DNA from: Octopus vulgaris
Lineage: Eukaryota
NCBI GenBank assembly: GCA_951406725.2
Contig: OX597827.1
Location: 67,208,001-67,272,000, forward strand
Reading direction: 5' to 3'
DNA length: 64,000 nucleotides
In this document: positions 27,141 through 41,119 of the stretch, piece after piece
Layout of the letters: the number at the start of each line of letters is the position of its first letter
Numbering within the stretch: position 1 is the stretch's first letter
Program-made: the position numbers and the translations under genes
The notes under the pieces: model-generated
What the model was told of the DNA's origin: nothing
Seen by the model: the letters and a program-made list of their open reading frames with translations, nothing else
The model's database searches: none

Positions 27141-28804
27141 ATATATATACATAAATATAAAAAGCTTCAGCTCTTTTAATTTATTATTCTTGAGCCATAA
27201 CACTGATAAGTCTTCTATTCATATGTTGTTGTTTTTATGGATTTATTCAAGTATCGATATCGATTGAGTAGACTTCGATCACCAGTATTGACGTGGATTC
27301 GATCTCTTCTTCTGTTGTACCGCATACTTGATTGGTGAATGTGTATCTACGTGTTTAGTTAATGAAAGCCATTGCAGTGGTTGTGTGTAGATAAATCTGT
27401 TCCATGTTATACACATTAAACACAGGACAGCAACCGTTAGGATGATATTTTCTGTTTCATAGGCCAGCAGCACCCTAATGAAGTGGAGTCGACCGAGGGA
27501 GTTGCGTCTACTTGGTTGGTTGACGTGCTAGAAGAAGCTGCTAAATCGACTTCAAATCACATTACTCTAGTGTCTTAATAAAGATATTGACAAGATATTG
27601 GATGATGTGATTGTAGATTCATTACGTCTAACGCAGGTCGTAATGCATGTTTCTAATTTTGACACGAGACCAGAGGTTTTAGGGTTGGGTGCAAATTGCT
27701 TATATCGACCACTGTACTTGATTGGTGATTTATTTTATTGACACTGAAATGATGTAATACAAAGTTGATCCCAGCAGTATTTGAATTCTGAAAGAAATGT
27801 CACTAAGGATTGTGTCAGACCGGCTAACGATTCTGCTTGATCACCTCCTCGTTAAACATTGCAATGAATATTAATGACTTTTACACGTTTTGTCTCGATG
27901 TGAAGTGTTCAATCAAGACGAAATTGGAGTTAGACAAGAAAGCCGTAAAAAACAATATAACAGTGGAAAAGTCTTTAGAGAATGACGGCAAATTTAAGAT
28001 AATGAATGACAAGAGGCGTAATAATATGGGGCAAAGAACTTGCGGTATTATTCTGATTCTTTACATTTTCATTCGAAGTCCCACTAAAGTCAGCTGTGCC
28101 TTTCATCATTCTGTGGTTGATAATAAAATGGAACCTCCCAGAAAGGTGAAACAAAGGAAGCGTTAAAATACCTTTTCTGATTAATTCATTCTAAGTTCTT
28201 GGATACTCCAATAAATCTAGCGACTGCTTAACACTATCTCAGAATGCATGAAGATGTTAAGGTTAGAGCTACACTATAAGAATGAACATGTGTATCCAAG
28301 TTAAATTAACATTTGGAAATAAAATCAGGCCACATTTTAAACAATTATCGTTTGCTGGATTACAAAGAGACACGCATGAGTATAGTACCTTTCTTTAAAT
28401 GGCGTACAGGAACAACAAAATCGCTTCCAGCATAAAGAAAAATACTCGTCGCAATGCAAATGTTAAACATTTTATTGTCTTAAACTATTGAAAAAAGTGG
28501 TGACCTTAAACTAATCAGTAAACATATTTTATTATACGAAAAGTTTCAATATTCTGAAAGTTTCATAAAAAATAAATGAAGCTACGAAGTTACACAATTC
28601 GACATCGTAGAATATTATCCATTCCTTTGTATTTTTCTGAGATGTTTACAGTTGGGGATACTATGTGCTCCATACGCATTAAATTGAATAATGACTGCAA
28701 GGAAGATGTACTATTTTATAGCAGTATAAATTCTGCAGTGTTCGATTTCGCCTTTCATCCATTCAGCGTCGATAAAGTAAGTACCAGTTAGGTATGAGTC
28801 CACA

Positions 28805-29034
28805 AGACGGCGAGCTGGCAGTGTCGTTAGCACGCCGGATGAAATGCTTTGCGGTATTTCGTCTGCCGCTACGTTCTGAGTTCAAATTCCGCCGAGGTCG
28901 ACGTTGCCTTCCATCAGTTTGGAGTCGATTAAATAAGTACCAGTTACGCACTGGGATCGATATAATCGACTTAATCCGTTTGTCTGTCCTTGTTTGTCCC
29001 CTCTGTGTTTAGCCACTTGTGGATAGTAAAAAAA
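28805..29034 (+). mobile_element. SINE family B, full length, 16-bp TSD
   Basis: TSD TAGGTATG(A/G)GTCCACA at 28789-28804 and 29035-29050. Confidence 0.9.
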
Positions 29035-29487
29035 TAGGTATGGGTCCACATTTTCAGTAGCGCTATACTCCAAAATTGCAGACCATGTTTCTATATCCGA
29101 AAAGATTATTTTACGATAACACTTATTGGTTAAGAACTAGGAAATAAAAATTTCGGCTATATGCATGAAAGCCGGCGATGGAGCAGGGATATCAGTTTTA
29201 GTCTAAAATTAGCTCAGCGTTAAGTAAAATAAGCTATAAAGGGATGACGAATTATCACATTTTGTAATGTATGCGATACAAAAAATTTGCAAACCGTTAA
29301 TTAGTATTTCTACAGAGGTCCTGATGGAAAAGGACATTCAAATATGTTTGCCAGTTAGAATTATCGCCGTCAATATCATTCTTGTTGTTACTAATATTAT
29401 CATTAATAAACAGGAAAGCATCATGTATGCATATCTCGTAAAATTTTAAAATTTTAACCTGTATTGTGTTCTTATTAAATAAATGTT

Positions 29488-29552
<65 letters not shown>

Positions 29553-29573
29553 ATTAAATATATAGATAGATAA

Positions 29574-29637
<64 letters not shown>

Positions 29638-29767
29638 GTGAATACATACATATATACATAATTACTGACATAGATATATGTGAGTGTGCGAGTGTATGTA
29701 TTTGCATATGCTTGTGTGTGTATATATATATAAATATATATACTTACATACATATATATATACATAC

Positions 29768-29836
<69 letters not shown>

Positions 29837-30736
29837 TGTTTTCATATATTTATATACATATAATACACGATCACACACATTGGTACGCACCTACACACAC
29901 AACACATATATAATTACAATGTTTACCAGAAGTTTCCTGACGTTACAACTAAATCTTCGTTAATTAGTATTTTTTTTTTGTATATTAATTAGCTTTTCAG
30001 TATGATTTACTTTATTTTATCGTTATCTTTTTGTCTAATATTTTAACTTTACATAAATTCTCTGACGCTCTAATGAATATTATTGTCTTTCTTTATTTAT
30101 CCATTATTTAAAATTTCATTTACTTCATTTAATTTTGAGATTGTGATGTCAAATTATCCTCAAACACATTAACACTAATAAAACTTTGAAATATTATCCT
30201 TATTAATTAACTAAAGTTTTCTAATTGATCGTGATTCATCAATTATTGGATTTTTTTGTAGCATTCTGGAAGCAATTTTTTTATTTTTAATTACGCGAAT
30301 AATATGAAATCTTACTTTTACATGTAGCTCGTTTAACACTATCACATTCTATGTGGTGTTTCATTAACGATTATACACACGTATCTAACAGGAACTGCTC
30401 CAAGGTATCTTTAATATATTTAATTATACATCAATATCTATCAGGAAATGCTTTGAGGTCACGTTCATATACAAGTTGCTAAATATTTCTGCTCTTCTCT
30501 GTCTTTCATTTTATTTTTCTTGTAAATTTTCAGATATGTTTCTGTAAAAAAATCTGTTACACATTCCAGTACACAAAATTGTGTAAATGTTCCGACACTC
30601 ACATACGCACGCACAAAAACACACAAATTCAGACACAGACACAAATATGTAAATATGGCTATATATCCTTATATACATATGAGCGTATGTGCAGTGTGTG
30701 TGTATGTGCATATATGTATGTGTGTATGCGTATACT

Positions 30737-30785
<49 letters not shown>

Positions 30786-30884
30786 TGAGGGTGAAAAATT
30801 AATATTAATTTGATAACATCAATTTAACACCAGTGGTCTAGCATATTAAAAGACTGAGGTACAGTAATTAGTATTACATACATA

Positions 30885-31025
30885 TAAGAGGGGATTTCCA
30901 CTATGTGGAAACCCTTATGCTAAGGAAGATCCTCTATGGACTTACCACAAATCAAATGAAAATTCACTTTTCATAGCGGATCTTCTTTAGCATAAGGATT
31001 TCCACATAGTGGTAATTCTCCCTTA
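30885..31025. mobile_element. MITE-like foldback element
   Basis: ~54-bp imperfect inverted arms (30885-30938 / 30972-31025) around a ~33-nt spacer, in TA context. Confidence 0.75.
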
Positions 31026-31172
31026 ATATATATATGTGTGTGTGTGCCTGTGTCATATACCTTTCTCGCATGCCATATATAATAGGAAGATTTGGCGAGC
31101 ATCATACATTTTGAGTTATATAGCATTTATTTCGCCAACAATCAGTAATTTTATGCAACCGTAATGACCATG

Positions 31173-31213
<41 letters not shown>

Positions 31214-31216
<3 letters not shown>

Positions 31217-31531
31217 TGGCTGTGTGGTAAGTAGCTTGCTTACCAACCACATGTTTCCGGCTTCCTTCCTACTGCGTGGCAACTTGGACAAGTGTCTTCT
31301 ACTATAGCCTTGGGCCGACCAAGGCCTTGTGAGTGGATTTGGTAGAGGGAAACTAAAAGAAGCCCGCCGTATATATGTATGTGTGTGTATATGTTTGTGT
31401 GTTCGGCAAAAGAGACCGATAGAATAAGTACTAGGCTTACAAAGAATAAGTCCTGTGGTCGATTTGCTCGACTAAACGTGGTGCTCCAGCATGGCCGCAG
31501 TCAAATGACTGTAACGAGTAAAAGAGTTAAA

Positions 31532-31533
<2 letters not shown>
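31214..31533 (+). mobile_element. SINE family A with internal deletion
   Basis: Head plus right module, lacking the CAACATCG..CCCGTAAC segment. Confidence 0.85.
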
Positions 31534-31584
<51 letters not shown>

Positions 31585-31660
31585 TATATAGATATATAAT
31601 ATATATATCTATATATATATATATATATATATATGCATAGATATATATATAATATATATA

Positions 31661-31773
<113 letters not shown>

Positions 31774-31804
31774 ATATATATATGTGTATATATATATATG
31801 TATA

Positions 31805-31897
<93 letters not shown>

Positions 31898-32996
31898 CTA
31901 AATAGAGGATTGGGTGAGAGAGAGAGAACACATCTACTAGACCATACCAGTACTTGTATAGCAGAGGTATAATATATCAATGCACACAGAGTATGAGAAA
32001 AATTGCTTTTTATTAATATTGATAGATTTAACTGATATCAAATTTGTATGATTCTGAAAAGCGTAAGCTCTGAGGAACGTCCAGCTGTGTTGCAGACACT
32101 ATTGTTTCAATTATTTCTGAAACGATAGAATATATACAGAATGTACCGTAGCTCCAGATTCATTCATACATATAAATACATTTAAATATATATAGAAACA
32201 TATAAATGCATTTATATGTATGTAATCTATATACCTACATGTATATCTACATATCTACATATATACATATATATACGAATACATTTACATACACATACAC
32301 ACACACTCACACACACACACACACACACATATATAAATATATATATATATATTAATGTATATTTGTGTGTATGTTCTTTTGTGTTCTTAATTATTCAAAT
32401 GCTTCCTCTGAGGAAGCAGATGGTTTCTATCAAAAACACAATTCTCAGTCGTTGGTATGCGTTAATATATAGCAAAAACAATATCATATTTTAAACTTGA
32501 AAAATGTCTTGCATATTTTTATTCTTCCATTTACATATTCTATTTGAAATGTGCCATGTAGCTTATTGATTTCGTTTTCTGAAAAGCTTGCCCAAATTGT
32601 CAGTTAGCTATATGTTCATCATACCATGTGCATCAATTATTAGTGGTATAAATGTGAATTTATTACCGGTATATAGCATGTCAAGGTTTCTGTTCAATTG
32701 TCCGTTGTTATCCTTTTATTCTTTTGTTTTCAAAGATACATTGATATCAGTCTGTCAGCTGACCTATGTGAAAGTGCATACAGTAATATCCGGCGCGTTA
32801 CGTTAAGACTTAATACATGTTTTGATGGGAATACTCCATCAATATCTCTTGTGTTGATATTTGTATATGTATCTGATAACTGCGAGGTTTCACTATGTTT
32901 ATCTCAGCCGTCATTTTTTTCCGAGTGGTACTCTTTTCCTCTTTCACTTGTTTCAATCATTTGACTGTGGCCATGCTGCAGCACCGCCTTTAGCCG

Positions 32997-33105
32997 AGCA
33001 TGGTTGCGTATTATACACAAGGTTTAGGTTTTTCAGAAGTACAGCCCCCTAAAAATCACCTGCGTATTATACTCAAGGGCGGACTATACTCGAAGATTTA
33101 CGGTA
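32997..33105. mobile_element. Tc2/pogo-like DNA transposon terminus
   Basis: Repeated TGCGTATTATAC subterminal motif, ending CTCGAAGATTTACGG|TA. Confidence 0.5.
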
Positions 33106-33258
33106 AACCACTTCACCCGACAATCATTTTTATAGGTCTGCTGGTTATTTGGCAACTATCCGCTTATGTGTAGGGCTTAGAGACAGTAAAACAAGTAGCA
33201 GATATTCGGGCATAAAACGTCTGACCTGATATATATGAATGTACTTTCGTCTATGTGA

Positions 33259-33535
33259 AGGCGTGTGACTTAGTGTTTAGCGTATTCGGCTCGTTTTTCT
33301 AAGTTCGTGTGTTCGATTCATGGCGGCGAGGTGTGTTCTTGAGCCGAGAAATGTGAATAGTACCTATACTTGAGTAGTACCTATACTTGAAAGGGGTAAA
33401 CCTTATCGCATTCTGTGTCACGCTGAATCTCCCCGAGAACTATGAAAAAGGCTACACATGTTTGTGAAGTACCCAACCAATAGCACGTTAATTTCCATGT
33501 GTAGGCTTTTCCGTTGATCGATCGTTGCAATTGAC
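33259..33535 (+). mobile_element. tRNA-derived SINE (family C), diverged
   Basis: GGCGTGTGACTTAGTG..GTTCGATTC head. 3' module as at 3100-3235. Confidence 0.7.
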
Positions 33536-33715
33536 AAAGTGCCAGTCCGTTCCACTGCATATGTCTGTAGTTTGTTTAATCGATCTCGAAACAATGGACA
33601 AAATATAACATTTTACTCGGAGGAGTGCCACCGTCCCGATACCTGAAACTCACATCCCCGTAGTATGTTATCTAGTGTAGTAATCCTATATAGTAAGATG
33701 ATAGTACTGCTATTG

Positions 33716-34285
33716 TCTTCTTCTTCTTCTTCTTCTTCTTCTTCTTCTTCTTCTTCTTCTTCTTCTTCTTCTTCTTCTTCTTCTTCTTCTTCTTCTTCTT
33801 CTTCTACTTCCAATCAGGACTCACGCCATTAGCCACAAAGAATAATCTCTAATCGAGCCTACTCTAAACTAGTAAGAATGCGCGCGGCAACTTGAATATC
33901 TACACACCACACGCGATAGACTGGCGGTTGCATGGGCGCGAAAGCCACGTCGTTATCCTCATTCCGTAAACGGTGGATTTTATCGGGTGGAGAGCTGAAC
34001 CATCCTGGGGTACAGAGGATTCGCAATCTAGACTAGGGTCTGGAAGTTTACCACACCATAGTGGGTTACACCATGGTTCCTCTGCTTTGTGGCAGAAGTA
34101 GGAAGAAAGAGTGAGAGAAAGCTGTGGTGAAAGAGTACAGTGGGGTTCACCCCCACTCTCCGGAGCTTCGGGGAGCTTAGGTGTTTTTGCTCAATAAACA
34201 CTCACAATGCCCGGTCTGGGAATCGAAACCGCGTTCTTACGACCGCAAGTCCGCTGTCCTAATCACTGAGCCATTGCGCCTCCAC
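33716..34285 (-). mobile_element. tRNA-derived SINE with a distinct CpG-rich 3' module, ending in (GAA)n
   Basis: Minus-strand head GTGGAGGCGCAATGGCTCAGTG..TTCGATTCCC. Core CTTTCTCTCACTCTTTC is shared with 57570 and 62684. Linkage of 33810-34090 to the SINE is inferred. Confidence 0.55.
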
Positions 34286-35857
34286 GTACTGATGTTGTTC
34301 TGGTCTCTGCCCCCTAAGCTACTTGTGCTTTGGTCTACCCAATCAAGTAATGACCCCTTAACTAAGAACTTTTACTTACCTCTGTATATACAGTGTGCAT
34401 GGATGGTTTATTTGTAGACAACCGTTTGCTTGCAATATAATTTCTTTGCAGAACATAGATTCGAACTACAGACCTCGCGGCTATGAACCCAGCAGACTTC
34501 CATCGCAACACTCTGCTCTGCTCAACGAGTGATTAAGCAACTATATGATATATTATTTCTTTCATTGTCTGATCTGAGTCACAATATTTTTATTTCATCA
34601 TCCATCATTATTTATTAATTCATTTATTTGTTTCTATGCATTGGACTGTAAAGAATGTACAAAATATGGTAACTACAAAATACATGCTGCAGCACTGGAA
34701 CGATTGATTTACTTCCTGAAATGAAACTTTTCACTCACTCTCCATACTCCGAGAACCACATTTGACAGGCTGCATGCATACGTCTATGCGTTGCAAAATT
34801 TTCCGGTTGTCTTTCCATTTACTATTTTCAGATCAGCCAGAAGCAAATCAATTCTCCAAACGTTTCTTCAGAGTAACATAACTAGCGAGCTAGTATGGTA
34901 ATAAAAGCAAAAGATATAAACAAAAGCATTTTTAAAAAAAAAACCTCCAGTAACACAGACCGCCGAAACTATCTCCGCATTCCACATTTATCTATATTAT
35001 ATAAGACTAAAATACTAATCTGTCATAAAATACAGACGTCGTAAAACTTTCCCTCAGACCCTCAGACGGGACGTTATTCGAAACACGCTGGAAACACGTT
35101 TCACAACGTCAAACGAACAGAGGCAATTTTTAAGATAACACTCAAATCTAACCATGAGAGACAGTAGACTACCAACAGTCTCTCCGGATTTTCTTCTTCC
35201 CTACATTGTGTAATACTAACAAAACTAACTCAGTCTCAACATTTGCGTTCGATATTTAACAAATTTAGCCAGTAATTTTCTAATTTCTATATTCAGAGTA
35301 ATAATTCATTCTATATTTTGCTAATCTAATTTTGGAGTAACTGTTATGTTAGATTCCCAATAATTCTGACACGGGTTATTACTAAAGTCGTAAAGATTGA
35401 TCGGGCTATTAACATCCCCATTTGTATTTCGAGATATATGAAACTTCGATCTGTATATATTCCGATTGTTTTCAACTTATTACTTTTCTTTTGACGTTGT
35501 CGTTGCACATTACGTGTCTGGCAAGTCTAGGTTTAACCTACAGAGAAGTTTCATCCTCAGATTTACACCTACACACTACACTTATACTTACATGCGTGTG
35601 TATGCGTGCGTGTGTGAGTGTCAGTGTGTGTGTATACTTAAATATGAGTCTGTGTTTTTCTGTCCGACTAGTTTACAAGTAGATGTAACTTCATCTACGT
35701 ATTCATATCAGCAAAACATATATGAATGTGTGCATTTATATGTATAGATGTATAGGTGTGTATTTATGAATGAGTTTTTATTTATATCTATATATATATG
35801 TGTGTGTATGTATGTATGTATGTATATCTACATATATGCGTGTGTAAGGGAGTGTGT

Positions 35858-35932
<75 letters not shown>

Positions 35933-36229
35933 CATGGATGGATAAACAGATAGACAGTTAGATAGATAGATATGTGGATAGACCGATAGCTATAAAGATA
36001 TAAATACATAAATAGATATATACATAAATTTCTGTCTATGTATCTATCTATCTATTTATCTCTCTCTCTCTCTCTCCCTCTCTCACTCTCTGTATATAAA
36101 TATATATGTGTATTTGTTTGTATATCTATCTGTCTATTTATCTGTATTCCGAACTATGTATCTATCTATTTATCTATCTTTCAATCTATTTGTCCGTCTA
36201 TCTATTTTCCTATCTATGATTGTACGTGT

Positions 36230-36343
<114 letters not shown>

Positions 36344-36401
36344 CAAGTATCGATGGTCCACCCTATCGAAAGCTTTCGATAGGGTGGACCATCGATACTT
36401 G
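36344..36401. repeat. 58-bp perfect palindrome at the LINE 5' junction
   Basis: CAAGTATCGATGGTCCACCCTATCGAAAG|CTTTCGATAGGGTGGACCATCGATACTTG. Confidence 0.97.
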
Positions 36402-38036
36402 GAGGCGGTCCTCGGAGCGGCTGGCTTCGGTCCCGTCTTCCGCGGCTGGATAGCCGCTTTGTACAGAGGCATCCGTTCGGTAATTCGCGTGAATGGACAT
36501 CTATCGAGACCCTTCGACATCGCACGTTCGGTCCGTCAGAGATGCCCCCTCTCGTCGCTTCTATACGTATTGACTCTCGAGCCATTATTGCGGAAGCTGG
36601 CAACCTTGAGAGGCATCCCGCGAGAACTGGGATGCGGGACGAGCGTGTCTGCATACGCGGACGACGTCACCGTCATAGTGTCTAGCCACGAGCACATCGA
36701 GCAGGTTGGCGAGACACTGAAAAACTACGAAGCGGTGACAGGAGCGAAAATCAACCGGGAAAAGTCAGTGGGCTTGCGACTCGGCACCTGGAGAAGCAAG
36801 CCCATGCCGTCCACCAGCGCCTCCGTCGTGGGACGCTGGGTCGACGGCCCGGTTGAGTTGCTCGGGGTCTGGTTTGGTCCGGACCTCCAAGTGGAGAAGA
36901 ACTGGAACGAGATAACGAGTAGGGTGGTCACTCTCGCCCGGCAATGCGCCGAGACGAAACTGTCCCTAAAAGGTCGGGCGGAGGTGGCGAACACGTACAT
37001 CGCGTCCGTCATCTACTACCGCCTGACCGTCGTACCTTGTCCCGACCCTACCATCACCAAACTACAACGCATTCTCTTTCGCTTCTTGTGGAAAGGATGC
37101 GTCCCGATGGTCAGGCGATCCATTTGCTGTCAACACCCGTTAAAAGGAGGGCTGGGCATGCCGTGGTTGATGATGCGCAGACACGCGCTGAGACTGCGAC
37201 ATCTCTGGCACTATGTAGACGACGGTGAACAGGTGTGGTCGCCGTTTGTGAGGCACGCTTTCCCGCAGCTCGTCTCCATGACCGAACTGCAGTCGTGGAT
37301 CAAAAAGAGGCCGAAGAAGGGCGAATTGCACCGCGAGTGTCGCGTTGCTCTCAAGCAACTCTGCCGTCCTGGGTCGACCTTGAGTGACTTCAACACAACC
37401 AAAGCATTCTATAGGGGTTTAGTGGAGGGGAGGTACGACGACGAGCTCGGGGCGAACCTGGACGTCGACGAGTACCTGACCCGCCTGTTCAGGACGACTT
37501 TCGGGCCAGGGCCCATGGACAACTTCCAGAGATCCCTGGCCTGGCAGTGCTACCGAGAAGCGCTACCCGTTCGGGATAAGCTCTACAGACACGGCTCGAG
37601 AAACACGGGGCCGACCTGCCCGAGATGCGGTCAGAGCGACGAAACCGTTCTGCACGCACTCGTGCAGTGTCCAACAATTTCCGACCTGTGGGCTTGTGTC
37701 GAACAACTGCTGTCACGTGTGGGACGAGTCGGTTTATCAGCTGAGTCTATCGTTAATATTGTCACGCCTCCCTCCTTCAAACGGGAAGGAAGAGCTATTT
37801 TCATCATCCTTGTGGCTATGGCGAAAGAATGTATCTGGTGGACGCGTCTGAAAGGATTGGAGACAAACACTTTCCTCTCTGGTCAATCTCTCATCAACTT
37901 CTTCAAGTACCACTTGAAAAGGAAAGTGAGAGTAGAGAGGCAAGTTTTGTCTAGCGAATGTTTTAAAAAAAGATGGGTGAATGTAGCAAGAATGGCACGT
38001 ATGAATGACGAAGCCACCTTGAGCATGATCCTATGA
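36366..38036 (+). CDS. LINE ORF2 C-terminal part: reverse transcriptase plus CCHC zinc knuckle (5'-truncated)
   Basis: [17 protein letters not shown] (QGCPLS variant), YADD, KINREKS, LLGVWF, KGGLGMP and [18 protein letters not shown]. No stops. Confidence 0.9.
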   Translation, partial: SKAFDRVDHRYLEAVLGAAGFGPVFRGWIAALYRGIRSVIRVNGHLSRPFDIARSVRQRCPLSSLLYVLTLEPLLRKLATLRGIPRELGCGTSVSAYADDVTVIVSSHEHIEQVGETLKNYEAVTGAKINREKSVGLRLGTWRSKPMPSTSASVVGRWVDGPVELLGVWFGPDLQVEKNWNEITSRVVTLARQCAETKLSLKGRAEVANTYIASVIYYRLTVVPCPDPTITKLQRILFRFLWKGCVPMVRRSICCQHPLKGGLGMPWLMMRRHALRLRHLWHYVDDGEQVWSPFVRHAFPQLVSMTELQSWIKKRPKKGELHRECRVALKQLCRPGSTLSDFNTTKAFYRGLVEGRYDDELGANLDVDEYLTRLFRTTFGPGPMDNFQRSLAWQCYREALPVRDKLYRHGSRNTGPTCPRCGQSDETVLHALVQCPTISDLWACVEQLLSRVGRVGLSAESIVNIVTPPSFKREGRAIFIILVAMAKECIWWTRLKGLETNTFLSGQSLINFFKYHLKRKVRVERQVLSSECFKKRWVNVARMARMNDEATLSMIL

Positions 38037-38844
38037 ACCCAGAAATTGAAAACAGAGAGTTGCTTATTTGCAAAAAAAAAAGAAATATAACATGTGACTC
38101 CATTGACCGAGGTTACCGAGGTCTTTTCCGTAGGCTTTTCTTTCCACGGGTAAACCTCACCTGTCCTCCCCTTTACACTTCATATTGACATTTCTGTGAT
38201 AACGATCCCTATTGATCAAAATTTTTTTTCCTCTCCCCCTTTTTTTAACCCCCCTTTTTTTGTCCTCTTTCTCTCCTTTTACGATCCCTTTTGATCGAAA
38301 CTCCCACTTCCTTTTTTTTTTTTTTTTTTAAACCTTCAAAAGAAAAGCTCTACCTTGTAATTTGTTCTATCTGTGTGCAGCCCTGTGTGGCTAATAAAGA
38401 AACATATCTATATCTATATATATATATATATATATTTGTTTTTCTATCTATATCTATGCTTGTGTGTGTTTGTTTTTGTGTGTGTCTGTCTGTGTGTGCG
38501 TGTGTCTGTCTGTGGAAACATCACTATCATTTCAGTCCCTGTTATACAGTCATACAATCATATCTACGTGTGTATGTATGTATGTGAATGAGTAGGTGCG
38601 CAGGATATGCATATACGTATAAGTATGTGCTTGTATGCTTGTATGTATGTATCTATCTATATGGTTTTGTGATTTTGCGCTAATGGTGGCGTTTTATTCT
38701 AGAATCAATGAAGTAATTATATAATTTATGATGTCTTTAAACTTTAATTATTCTGTTGCTTCAGTTTTTGTTCGAAAACATTCGTCTACAAAGTCGTTAA
38801 TCTCTCATCTTGAAGAACAGCACAGCAATCTCGGAATAACCGTG

Positions 38845-38989
38845 TAGAAAGTAGCTTGCTAACCAACCACAATGGTTCCGGGTTCAGTCCAACTGCGTGG
38901 CATCTTGGGCAAATGTCTTCTGCTATAGCCCCGGACTGACCAATGCCTTGTGAGTGGATTTGGTAGACGGAAACTGAAAGAAGCCTGTC

Positions 38990-39034
<45 letters not shown>

Positions 39035-39262
39035 AGTGTGTCTATATGTTTGTGTGTCTGTGTTTGTTCCCCTAGCATTGCTTGACAACCGATGCTGGTG
39101 TGTTTACGTCCCCGTCACTTAGCGGTTCGGCAAAAGAGACCGATAGAATAAGTACTAGGCTTACAAAGAATAAGTCCCGGGGTCGATTTGCTCGACTAAA
39201 GGCGGTGCTCCAGCATGCATGGCCGCAGTTAAATGACTGAAACAAGTAAAAGAGTAAAAGAG

Positions 39263-39263
<1 letters not shown>
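38845..39263 (+). mobile_element. SINE family A, near full length
   Basis: Head, (TA)n, and right module ending AAGTAAAAGAGTAAAAGAGT. Confidence 0.9.
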
Positions 39264-39328
<65 letters not shown>

Positions 39329-39398
39329 ATCGCACGTTTGACTATGATATATCTGGATAATAATAATAAAGATGATGATGATAGTAATAATAATAATC

Positions 39399-39430
<32 letters not shown>

Positions 39431-39772
39431 CACCTTGCAAATCGTTCTGCTCAAGATACTAGTAATAACCCTCAAAAATATGCAAGTCTCGGCTTTACTG
39501 TCTCTCAAGGATCTCTACATATGTCCATTTATATTGTGGTACAGTCTATTAGGAGCAAACCAATAGGGGTGTTCTACTTCGGCACAACAGCAGGACGAAA
39601 TATATGGCCTGACAAATGGTGCAATAGCTCATCAGTAGTCCACGGTCATTTAAAAATATGTATATCTGTGTATGTATGTATGTTTGTATGCGCGGGGAAG
39701 TGGAAAAACCTAGGTTGGTGTCCAGGTGCGCGGATGGACTATTGGGAGTGGGAGGCCTCTTTGTTGTTATCA

Positions 39773-39814
<42 letters not shown>

Positions 39815-41119
39815 GAAGTGTGAATCTCTGAGAGAAGACCTTCGACACTGAAAATATTTCATGATGTAGAATAGTTTTTTTCGTTTCAATTTTAAGTTGT
39901 TCGTCTTCCGCGAGTAGAATTTTGATTTGTGCAGATGCTTTCCCCACTATAAAGAATCATCATGCACAAGCATCACTTGAAAAAAATTATGATCAATCAC
40001 GAAATGGCTGGTCGTAACCTTCGCATGAGTGGGTGCTTTCGATCAAATATGGCAATGCTCGAACACGAGTTTGCATCCACCATGTATGCCTGCATGTATG
40101 TATGTATGTATGTATGTATGTATGTATGTATGTTCGTATGTATGTTCGTATGTACGTAACAATGTAACGAATATTTACATTCTTACAAGACCAAACCTAC
40201 AAAAAATACAGAAACACTCGGTGGATGTAAAAAGAAGATCAAATACATTAACGTTTTCAAACATGTTAATTATTGCGTTCACTAAGCAAGACTTGAAATG
40301 ATTTTAGTTCAGTCTGTAATTGACATTAGTTTAGTCTAAAATTGAAATTGATATATTGTATCTCTATTTCAGTTGAATACTCAAATTATTTTCTCTTCTT
40401 TACTATTTGGTAAAAGCCGTAACCATAAAATTTAATATCAACGTCAACAATGAAATTGGTCTCATTCAGCAGCCTATAAATTCAGTAGAAACGTCCATAA
40501 TTTTAGCTACGTGGTGTTCTAACGTTTATTGATCACAATTAGTAGCATGAAAGAAACATGTTACTACGTCATTTGTTAAAGTTTTATGCCGTATATATGT
40601 TAGTGTCGGTCTGCATTCAAGTTGCAGTTTTCGGTTTTGGTACATAAACCAATCAATATAAAATCCGAAGTGGAAAATGCATCACTAAATAAAGTCTTGT
40701 TGAGATTTTACAGCGGGACAGAAGGAATTATGCGAGTACACGGGGCATATATGTGAAAACCTCTTCACTGAATAAATAGTTTTATAGAGAGCGGAAATCT
40801 ACATCTACGATGGTTGGTATATCGTAAAACTATTTCTGCATCGGAATCCTTGATCAATGTGAAAAGGAATTTCTCCAAGAATCTATTGAGATAGTACCAC
40901 TGCCGTATAAGATAAGAAAAGCATAGTGTTGGAGAGACTTCTGTATATTGGATTTAAATTTTGGCCCCAGACCATCAAGTTGAGGGAAAGCAGAAAAAGA
41001 TTACATCGTACCTAGTGTTCAACTGGTACTAATTTTATTGTCCCTATAGGTGAAAGGCAACGTTGATCCCAGTGGACTCTGAATTTAGAATATAAAGACG
41101 CCCGAAACATCACTAAGAA

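Larger units (their letters stand above)
36344..38402 (+). mobile_element. 5'-truncated Tx1/L1-clade LINE inserted in a (TATC)n-type repeat
   Basis: GC/CpG-rich island with an open RT-CCHC frame and a T-rich 3' UTR, ending AATAAAGAAA. (TATC)n upstream, TATCTATATCTA downstream. Confidence 0.92.

Noticed and set aside
39560-39645. CTGATGA on the minus strand near GACGAAA on the plus strand
   Set aside because: The core halves are on opposite strands, so no hammerhead topology is possible.
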